Shown here: positions 21,459 through 28,845 of the stretch, one piece after another
Position numbering within the stretch: position 1 is the stretch's first letter
Layout of the letters: the number at the start of each line of letters is the position of its first letter
Assembly (NCBI GenBank): GCA_003558085.1
Contig: PWMT01000103.1
Span: 1 to 28,845 of the forward strand
Length of the DNA stretch: 28,845 bases
Direction: 5' to 3'
From: Methanobacteriaceae archaeon
GTDB lineage: Archaea > Methanobacteriota > Methanobacteria > Methanobacteriales > Methanobacteriaceae
Notes under the pieces: model-generated
Told to the model about the DNA's origin: nothing
Databases searched by the model: none
The model's input: only the letters and a program-made list of their open reading frames with translations
Made by a program: the position numbers and the translations under genes

Positions 21459-22262
21459 ATGAGTAATAAAGCCCTAGTAAAAGATTATATGACTAAAGAC
21501 GTGATTAGTGTTAAAGCTGAAACACCTAGCGAAAAAATTATTCAACTCATGAGGAATACTGGACATGACGGTTTTCCAGTGAAAGATAATGATACAGTTA
21601 TTGGTATGGTAACAGCATTTGATTTACTCTTAAAACATCGAAATAAATCCGTGCAAGACATCATGTCCACTAATCTAGTAGTAGCTGATCAAGATATGAC
21701 TATTAATGATGCTGCTAGGGTAATGTTTAGAATGGGAATATCAAGACTACCAGTTATTGATAAAAAAGGAAAATTAGTGGGAATAATTACCAATACTGAT
21801 ATAGTTCGATCCCACATAGAACGTTCAACCCCTATGAAGGTAAATTATTTTAAAAAAACTTTAGAGCAACTTTATGGTATAAAAACTGAAATTAAAAGGC
21901 GGAAGGTAAGTATTGGCCAACTCAGACCAACACAAAATAAAATATATGCTGATGAATTGCAGGGTAGAACTTATGAACTAAAAAGAGGTTTAGCTGAACC
22001 CACTATTGTGGTTAAAACTGGAGATCGTTATGTGCTGATAGACGGACATCATCGTACTATAGCTGCTCTTAACTTAGGCTTTGACGAAATAGATTCCTAT
22101 GTTATTCATTTAAATCAGGAAATAAAACTGGGAATGGAAAAAACAGCTGATTTAAATGGAATATACTCTTTTGAAGATATAGATATAATTGATGATGCAC
22201 AACATCCGCTGATTGCCTTAACCCGCAGTATCCGGAAAAGTAAGATGAATAAAAAACAATAA
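21459..22262 (+). CDS. CBS-pair plus ParB/Sulfiredoxin-like domain protein
   Basis: Two CBS repeats (HDGFPV, ISRLPV...GIITNTD) followed by LRPTQ...EPTIVV...LIDGHHR. Confidence 0.88.
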   Translation: MSNKALVKDYMTKDVISVKAETPSEKIIQLMRNTGHDGFPVKDNDTVIGMVTAFDLLLKHRNKSVQDIMSTNLVVADQDMTINDAARVMFRMGISRLPVIDKKGKLVGIITNTDIVRSHIERSTPMKVNYFKKTLEQLYGIKTEIKRRKVSIGQLRPTQNKIYADELQGRTYELKRGLAEPTIVVKTGDRYVLIDGHHRTIAALNLGFDEIDSYVIHLNQEIKLGMEKTADLNGIYSFEDIDIIDDAQHPLIALTRSIRKSKMNKKQ

Positions 22263-22267
22263 ATAAT

Positions 22268-22570
22268 ATGGGGAATACCATGGTCAATGAACGTGTAATC
22301 AGCGAAATTTATGAGATTTTAAAAGATCGAAGAGATAATCCTACAGATTCATATACTTCTTTGCTCATGCAAGATGATAATAAAACTGCTGAAGATAAAA
22401 TACTGGAAAAAATAGGTGAAGAAGTTACAGAATTAATAATTGCCGCAAAAAATGAGGAAAATATTGTCCATGAAAGTGTTGATTTAATATTCCATACACT
22501 TTTATTATTAGTTTATAAAGAAATCGAATTAAAAGCTGTTTTAGAAGAATTCGATCGTCGAAGAAGATAA
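22268..22570 (+). CDS. hisE: phosphoribosyl-ATP pyrophosphohydrolase
   Basis: [34 protein letters not shown]. Confidence 0.95.
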   Translation: MGNTMVNERVISEIYEILKDRRDNPTDSYTSLLMQDDNKTAEDKILEKIGEEVTELIIAAKNEENIVHESVDLIFHTLLLLVYKEIELKAVLEEFDRRRR

Positions 22571-22773
22571 ATTTTAATTTTTATAAATTATTCCATATTT
22601 AATAGATCCATACTAAATATTAATTCTTGCAAATTCTATAGAATTTATTTTCTATAATTAGTATCTTTTATTAAGATTTATTACTTAATATAACAATCAG
22701 ATGCATACAATAAAGGAAAATTTAATATTATGATCAAATTTGCTAAAAGGTAAGCTTGGTAACTCTACTTCTA

Positions 22774-23526
22774 TTAATATTCTGCAATAACCAGCATTTC
22801 ATAATCTTCAGTGGTTAATTGATCATTTCTGCTGAATGCTCCAAGTTGGCATCCATAAATACCAATTTCATTAAATCCTAGAGATTTTAAAAGCCAAGTG
22901 ATTTCGGAAGGAACATAATACCGTTCATTACAGTTTAGAATGATTTTATTATCATCATCATCTTCTATTTCCAACTGGTATTTATCCCGTAAAGTCATAA
23001 GATCAAATCTATTGTGGTTATTATTTTGTATGCTCGAATTACTGTGTATAAAGTTTTCTAGTGAGTGAAATAAAGGGTATAAACCATTTAAGGTGGTAAA
23101 TATTAATTTTCCATTCTTTTTTAGGGCTTGGGATGCGTTTTTAAGTATTTGGAAATTCATCTCATCGGTTTCCATTAAGGGGAATGCGCCCTCACAAATC
23201 ATGTAAACCAAATCATATTCGTTTTGATAGGAGATATTTAGAGCATCGCGCTGTTGAAAATCTATTTGCAAACCTTCATCAGCAGCTTTCTTAAGAGCTT
23301 TATCTATCATGGCCGAGGATAAGTCTACTCCGTTCACAGAATATCCTTTTTTAGCAAGTTCCAAAGCATGTCGGCCCGTGCCACACCCAATATCCAATAT
23401 TCTACTATTTTTATCGAAATTTATTTCTTTTTCTATAAAGTCCACTTCGCCTATGGTGCCTTGGACAAATGATTCTGACTCATATTTTTCCGCGTAATTT
23501 GAAAACATTTCTTTGTACCATTTCAT
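22774..23526 (-). CDS. class I SAM-dependent methyltransferase
   Basis: ILDIGCGTGRH, GVDLS, QRDA, LKKNGKLIF. Confidence 0.92.
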   Translation of the reverse strand: MKWYKEMFSNYAEKYESESFVQGTIGEVDFIEKEINFDKNSRILDIGCGTGRHALELAKKGYSVNGVDLSSAMIDKALKKAADEGLQIDFQQRDALNISYQNEYDLVYMICEGAFPLMETDEMNFQILKNASQALKKNGKLIFTTLNGLYPLFHSLENFIHSNSSIQNNNHNRFDLMTLRDKYQLEIEDDDDNKIILNCNERYYVPSEITWLLKSLGFNEIGIYGCQLGAFSRNDQLTTEDYEMLVIAEY

Positions 23527-23719
23527 TTTTTTCTCCCAAATGAAAGCTGATTAATTTGAAAATATTTAAATGAGTATGAAATCCAGAAATCAATAATCAT
23601 ATAAGTGTGTTTTTTAATCTGAAGGATATTATTTTAAATTCTCCTTGATAAATTTAAATTCGTTTTTTTATTTAATTTGGATATTGAGTACAATTTAAAC
23701 TAAAAAAAATAGTTAATAA

Positions 23720-24184
23720 TTAAAATAGTAAGCTGAAACGACGAACCATGGCTTCAATTTTTTTATCTATATCTCCTCTCCATACTATGATTTCAGTATC
23801 CACTACAGATCCATCTTTAGCTTCACAAATTTTTTTAATTTTATTAATGGCCTGAGTGCCCCCAGTCCAGTTAAAAGGTAGGGATTTGGTGACGAAACCA
23901 GCAATCTTTTTATTTTTTAAATTAGAAATCTGTTCTAGATAAGAAGTCATTGCTGGAGCTACAGAAAAAGCATGTACTGGTGAACCAAATACTAAACCTT
24001 CATATTCCTGTATATCCGGTAAGCTTTCTAACTGAACATTTTTAGCTCGAGGAGAGGTCTCACCCACTAGTTTAAGTCTCTCTAAATTAACTTCATGTCC
24101 AATTTCCAGCAGCTTTTCTTTAAGTTTCAAAGCAGCCAAGCGAGTATTATCAGTTTGAGAATATATTATAATCCCAATTTTCAT
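23720..24184 (-). CDS. flavodoxin family protein
   Basis: IIIYSQTDNT FMN loop, VFGSPVHAF, FVT...GG. Confidence 0.85.
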   Translation of the reverse strand: MKIGIIIYSQTDNTRLAALKLKEKLLEIGHEVNLERLKLVGETSPRAKNVQLESLPDIQEYEGLVFGSPVHAFSVAPAMTSYLEQISNLKNKKIAGFVTKSLPFNWTGGTQAINKIKKICEAKDGSVVDTEIIVWRGDIDKKIEAMVRRFSLLF

Positions 24185-24459
24185 AAATAAAACACCCCTG
24201 CTAGTTCCAATATAATCCTATTATTGCTCTAAGATATATTATATTTATCTTCTAAAATTTTATTTAACTAATAATATATTTATGTGATGATAATTATTAA
24301 TGAAAATCTATCTAGAGAGAGTATAATTATAGTGAATCTATAAAAAAAAATTATAGGTATTTTTCAGAAATGGCGCGAATACTTCTTAAATATCTAATCT
24401 TAGCAAGAGAATCTAATTAATCCTAACACTATTTAAGCAGTCTAAATAGAATATAAGTA

Positions 24460-25062
24460 TTATTTTAATTTACATTCCATATGAAAAACTCCTTTTTCAT
24501 TATTAAACCAATTTATGCTCTTTTTATTGAATATGGTAAATCCTAACCTTTTATAAAGTTTATAAGCGCCTTTATTATCTACATCAACTTCCAGAACCGC
24601 TCTTTCAAATTCATGCTCTTTAGCAATTATCAGGGCTTTTTGAATAATAAAACTACCTATGCCTTTACCTCTGCACTTTTCAGCAACTGCCAAGCTAGCT
24701 AAATAAAAATCATTTTCCTTTAAATCCGCTAAGAAATATTTCTCCAGCCAATCCATTACTTTAAATTTTAAGACATCTAAGCAATTCAGATTCTCCAGCA
24801 AAATATTTATTTTATTTTCTTCGCCCTGCCCACAGGAATAAAGCAGAACACCCAGTACTTGGTTATTATTATCAGGAGTGACCACTATTATTCTTTCATA
24901 GCCCATGGTGTTATTACCAGCTCTAACTAGTCTTTCAATTTTTTGTATAGCTTTATGCTTATCCCTATAGAAAAAGTCAAATAAAGTAGCATCTGTTTCG
25001 TAAATCAGTTTAGAAACTTTATAAGTATCGTGTTTATTCAAATCTATCTTTTCCAACTTCAT
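24460..25062 (-). CDS. GNAT family N-acetyltransferase
   Basis: YLASLAVAEKCRGKGIGS, LEVDVDNKGAYKLYKRLGF. Confidence 0.92.
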   Translation of the reverse strand: MKLEKIDLNKHDTYKVSKLIYETDATLFDFFYRDKHKAIQKIERLVRAGNNTMGYERIIVVTPDNNNQVLGVLLYSCGQGEENKINILLENLNCLDVLKFKVMDWLEKYFLADLKENDFYLASLAVAEKCRGKGIGSFIIQKALIIAKEHEFERAVLEVDVDNKGAYKLYKRLGFTIFNKKSINWFNNEKGVFHMECKLK

Positions 25063-25111
25063 AATTTAATTTCCTAGATAATTAACCTTGAATAATAAAA
25101 TATTAATAATT

Positions 25112-25616
25112 ATGGCTATGGCTGAACGCTGCCGTGAAAAATTATATTCTTAAAATAGTTTTATTATCTAATCTGCATTCAATAAGTATTTATATTGTAG
25201 ATGCCTACATAATATCTGCTTTGGGATTGATTTATGCTATATTATATCTATTTTATTGTATTTTCCTCGAATTTAGATTATTAAAAAGTATATGCGTCTG
25301 TTGCTATTATTATGGTCGGGTCTGTGCTTTTGGTAAGGGTTTTTTAAGTTCTTTATTATTTAAAAAAGGAGATAATAATAAATTCTCTCTAAATAAAGTT
25401 ACTTGGAAGGAAATGATTCCAGATATGATGGTTTTTGTGGTTCCTTTAATAGGAGGCATAATTAGTTTGATTATTAATTTTAGAATTTTAAGTTTGTCAC
25501 TAATCATCATTTTACTGGTACTAAGCTTGCCTGGCAATGCATTTATTAGAGGAATAACTTGCAAAAATTGTAAACAGGGCCATTTAGGTTGTCCTGCTCT
25601 TGAATTTTTTCATTAA
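25112..25616 (+). CDS. Cys-rich hypothetical membrane protein, possibly frameshifted near its N terminus
   Basis: CVCCYYYGRVCAFGKG and CKNCKQGHLGCP flanking TM helices. ATGs at 25112/25118 (MAMAERCRE) join the 25134 frame only if one A of the run 25137-25141 is removed. Confidence 0.7.
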
Positions 25617-25753
25617 AACCTCCAAATACAAATAATTCCATAATTAACAGCTAAAAGTATTTAGTTTTTTTAAGTTTAAACAGAATTAAAGAACATGAAA
25701 TATTCTTAATTTTGATGCGTTTAAACAAAAAGATACTTTTTCAGGTTTATTAA

Positions 25754-26035
25754 AACTTTTTTAACCTAAATTGGAATGTTACTTCGGGCTTTTGCAGCCC
25801 CCTTCATTATTATAAAGATTGTGGAAGCCCGAGACTGTGGAAACTTCTCATGAGTCGTTATTTATAGAGATATAAGTATGCTGATCTGCAGGATAGAAAA
25901 TACTGGAAAATTGGTCACTTTCTTATTTATGAAATCGTATATTGTCTAGAATAACTATATTTTTTAACTTTTGGAAAAGAAGAGGTTATTAACTGAATTT
26001 ATGATTGGCTGGCAAATGAAGCGGGAAAAAAGTAA
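25754..26035 (+). pseudogene. probable decayed hypothetical gene (three in-frame stops)
   Basis: One frame reads NFFNLNWNVTSGFCSPLHYYKDCGSPRLWKLLMSRYL*RYKYADLQDRKYWKIGHFLIYEIVYCLE*LYFLTFGKEEVIN*IYDWLANEAGKK*; more GC-rich than its flanks. Confidence 0.45.
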
Positions 26036-26160
26036 TATTTGATTTAAAAGTTATATTGTAAAGTTTTTAAATTTTATATAAGATTATATATTAATGGCAT
26101 TTTCCAGAGATATTAGTACCAGATAAGTATACTATAACTATTATTAATAAAAAAATTGGA

Positions 26161-26185
26161 AAAATAGGTTTTATGAACCTATTTT
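26161..26185 (-). terminator. hairpin plus T-tract downstream of the 31-aa ORF
   Basis: Perfect 10-bp inverted repeat aaaataggtt-ttatg-aacctatttt right after the stop codon, then a T7 tract on the minus strand (26149-26155). Confidence 0.55.
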
Positions 26186-26186
26186 A

Positions 26187-26282
26187 TTATTCTTCGGCAT
26201 CTATCATTTGACCGTATTCAATTTCTAGTTCACAGCCTTTAGGGCCGCAGCAAAAATGTTGTAAATCTAATTTAGTTTGCAT
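26187..26282 (-). CDS. 31-aa Cys-motif microprotein MQTKLDLQHFCCGPKGCELEIEYGQMIDAEE
   Basis: GAGGTGA RBS 6 nt before the ATG, clean ORF, downstream hairpin/T-tract, divergent from the HxlR-family gene; not in the ORF track. Confidence 0.7.
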   Translation of the reverse strand: MQTKLDLQHFCCGPKGCELEIEYGQMIDAEE

Positions 26283-26341
26283 TATTAATCACCTCAAATT
26301 GTTCGACTAATATATTAAAGTAACTTATAGTATTTAAAGTT

Positions 26342-26389
26342 TATACTGACAGGATCAATATATACAAACATTATAAACTTATACTTACA
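26342..26389. promoter_or_regulatory. three TATACnnACA direct repeats at 19-bp period (candidate regulator sites)
   Basis: TATACTGACA 26342, TATACAAACA 26361, TATACTTACA 26380, in the divergent intergenic region. Confidence 0.5.
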
Positions 26390-26429
26390 TTTTTAATACT
26401 AACTAACATAATATACATTAGGTGTTCTT

Positions 26430-26756
26430 ATGGATGAAGTGGAGGAAGAAGAATATATTTGTTCTGTAGAAGTAGCCCTTAATGAGATCGGAGGAAAATG
26501 GAAATCACTGATACTGTGTACTCTAAAAGATGGTAAATTAAGATTTAGTGAGATCAATAATAAACTACCAGAGATCACCCAGAGGATGCTTACTAAAAAT
26601 CTTCGTGAACTGGAAAAAGATGGAATAATCCTTCGAAAGGTTTTTGCGGAAGTTCCTCCAAGGGTAGAGTACAGCCTAACAGATAAAGGAGAATCTGTTA
26701 TACCGATTTTAGATGCTTTATGTGAATGGGGAGAAAAATATACGGCGCCAGAATAA
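26430..26756 (+). CDS. HxlR/DUF24-family winged-helix transcriptional regulator
   Basis: [49 protein letters not shown]. Confidence 0.93.
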   Translation: MDEVEEEEYICSVEVALNEIGGKWKSLILCTLKDGKLRFSEINNKLPEITQRMLTKNLRELEKDGIILRKVFAEVPPRVEYSLTDKGESVIPILDALCEWGEKYTAPE

Positions 26757-26768
26757 ATAAAAAAATAT

Positions 26769-26805
26769 AAGAGCTAGTTAAAGATTATGAATCAATAGCT
26801 CTTTT
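26769..26805. terminator. possible hairpin between the convergent hxlR-like and larB genes
   Basis: AAGAGCTA (26769-26776) / TAGCTCTT (26796-26803), with A/T tracts on both sides. Confidence 0.35.
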
Positions 26806-26822
26806 ATAAAATTTAAGCTGAT

Positions 26823-27599
26823 CTATACTTTATTTTTTATTTGCTTAGTTACTGTAAAAGCAAAAACTGCTGCTCCAAAGCCATTATCGATATTTACTAC
26901 GGCAATACCTGGGGCGCAGGATTGTAGCATGGTATTAAGTGCTGTATAACCACCTTTACCTACACCATATCCTATAGAAGTGGGAACCCCCACCACCGGG
27001 AGGTCTACCATCCCCGCTACTACCGAAGGTAAAGCACCTTCCATGCCCGCTACTACAATAATTACCTGAACATTCTCTTCCAGAATTTTCCTTAAATGAG
27101 AAAATAATCGATGTATGCCAGCTACTCCCACATCATAGGTGGTTAAAACTTCACAACCCATCTCCTGGGCCACTATCCTGGCCTCTTCAGCTATAGGAAT
27201 ATCTGATGTACCGGCAGTTATAATACCAATTTTACCTACCGGGTGTCTTTTTTCTTCTTCGCTTTTAAGTACTAATATTTTAGCTCGAAGATGATATTCC
27301 AGCTTTAAGTTAGGGGAAATTAAAGTTTCTATTTCCTTTTTTATGGTTCTATATCGATTTTCATCTAGACGAGTTACCATCACCGGTAGATTATCCATGC
27401 AATTTAAAATTATTTGGATAATTTCATGATCTTCCTTACCTAGAGCCAATATAGCTTCGGGGAAGCCGGCTCGAGATTCCCGTGAAAGGTCGAATTTGGC
27501 AAAATCCTCAATTTCTCTGATCTGATTTAATTTGATAAGTTTCTCAGCGCTCTCCAGAGAAATCTCACCTTTTAAGAGTTTTTCTAAAATTTGCCTCAT
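26823..27599 (-). CDS. larB: nickel-pincer cofactor biosynthesis protein LarB (PurE-like)
   Basis: [59 protein letters not shown]. Confidence 0.92.
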   Translation of the reverse strand: MRQILEKLLKGEISLESAEKLIKLNQIREIEDFAKFDLSRESRAGFPEAILALGKEDHEIIQIILNCMDNLPVMVTRLDENRYRTIKKEIETLISPNLKLEYHLRAKILVLKSEEEKRHPVGKIGIITAGTSDIPIAEEARIVAQEMGCEVLTTYDVGVAGIHRLFSHLRKILEENVQVIIVVAGMEGALPSVVAGMVDLPVVGVPTSIGYGVGKGGYTALNTMLQSCAPGIAVVNIDNGFGAAVFAFTVTKQIKNKV

Positions 27600-27813
27600 T
27601 AGTTATCACCTATCCTAGATGAATATATAAGGAGGGATATTTAAAAAGAGTGATAAATATACACTTGAAACCCATGTTTAGAAGACAATTTTTTTGTAAT
27701 TTAAATGACTTCCACTTGATCTTAAATATTACCTGGGATATAAAAAGTAGCTTAAACTTCTTTTATAAATTTATAATTCCCTAATTGATTAGCTAAGATA
27801 AGAGGTGTAATAA

Positions 27814-28801
27814 TTGGTAAGCGCCCGCATATTTGTGCAAGGAATAGTGCAAGGAGTAGGTTTTAGACCCACAGTATATCGGCTAGCTAAAAATATGAAA
27901 CTTACAGGTTATGTACGTAATCTTGGAAATATAGTAGAGATTGTTTTAAATGGAGAAAAAAAAGAAATAAAGAAATTTGTAAAAGAATTAAACCATAAAA
28001 AACCTCCTATATCTAAAATATCTTCTCTTAAATTAGACTGGTTAGAGAATTCTTCTCCATCATATACTGATTTTAAAATATTGGAAAGTTCAACTAACTT
28101 TTCAGGATCATCAGTGATACCCGCAGATGTAGCTATTTGTAATGCCTGTTTAACTGAAATAAAGAGTCCTAAAAATAGAAGATATGATTACCCTTTCACT
28201 GCCTGTACAGATTGCGGACCACGTTTTACAGTTATTAAATCCATTCCCTATGATAGAGAAAGAACTAGTATGGAAGAGTTTCCATTATGTCCTTCCTGCC
28301 AGATAGAATATACAGATCCTGAAGATAGACGTTATCATGCAGAAGCTACTTGTTGTCCTATCTGTGGTCCTTCAGTTTATCTATATAAAAATAAAAGATT
28401 GGAGCTAGAAAATCCTTTAAAAGAAGCTGTAAATCTTCTTGATGATGGTAAAATACTGGCTATGAAAGGTATAGGTGGAACCCACCTGGTATGTTCGGTG
28501 GAGCAGGAAAAAGTAGTGGAAAAATTGAGAAAAAGATTAGGACGTTTTAATCAACCCTTTGCCTGTATGTGTCCAGATGTGGATACAGTTAAGACTTTCG
28601 CTGAGGTATCGTCCTTAGAAGAAAAAACCTTGACCTCTAGAAGACGGCCTGTAGTGGTGCTGAAAAAGAGTGATGATTATTTTTTAGCCCCTTCAGTAGC
28701 TCCTGATTTGCATAATATTGGTATCATGCTTCCTTATTCTGGATTGCATTATGTGTTGTTCCACTATTCAGCAGCACCGGCTTATGTAATGACTTCAGCT
28801 A
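27814..28801 (+). CDS. hypF: [NiFe]-hydrogenase maturation carbamoyltransferase, N-terminal part only (sequence folds back at about 28801)
   Basis: [10 protein letters not shown] acylphosphatase domain, Zn fingers CNAC...CTDCGPRF and CPSC...[27 protein letters not shown]; the last 9 predicted residues are not HypF. Confidence 0.93.
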
Positions 28802-28845
28802 TACCTTCTAGATTTTTTATTATTTCCTGATTAGAGATTAACATA

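Noticed and set aside
22631-22646. 16-bp palindrome AAATTCTATAGAATTT between hisE and the methyltransferase gene
   Set aside because: Almost entirely A/T and located between convergent gene ends; plausible by chance
25825-25859. Possible group II intron domain V or IS200/IS605 end (GAAGCCC...GAAA)
   Set aside because: Does not fold into the D5 hairpin, and no reverse transcriptase, tnpA or tnpB remnant is nearby
28801-28830. HypF C-terminal peptide IPSRFFIIS* as a real truncation or an IS insertion
   Set aside because: This segment reads as downstream HypF sequence on the reverse strand, so it is a fold-back, not foreign DNA

Overview
AT-rich archaeal chromosomal segment from a hydrogenotrophic methanogen, most like Methanobacteriales/Methanobacterium (ftr, hjc, gatB, trkH/trkA, larB, hypF, an Asn-Ile2-Glu-Leu-His tRNA cluster, tRNA-Cys and an intron-containing tRNA-Trp). 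No CRISPR array, rRNA or recognisable transposase was seen. Four things stand out. (1) Gene decay at several stages: argG and a metallophosphoesterase each carry one in-frame TAA, three further genes are multiply broken, one has a probable N-terminal frameshift, and long AT-rich ORF-free spacers occur. This fits genome erosion in a host-restricted methanogen, although sequence error is not excluded. (2) The window ends in a fold-back inversion of hypF with 7-nt microhomology, typical of an amplification chimera. (3) A GYG-type K+ channel has an RCK-N domain followed by three tandem NiaR-type 3H domains and is divergent from the NAD(P)HX repair gene. (4) An unannotated 31-aa CCGPKGC microprotein lies divergent from a Cys-bearing HxlR-family regulator, with three phased repeats between them. 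All family calls come from motif recognition, not database searches.
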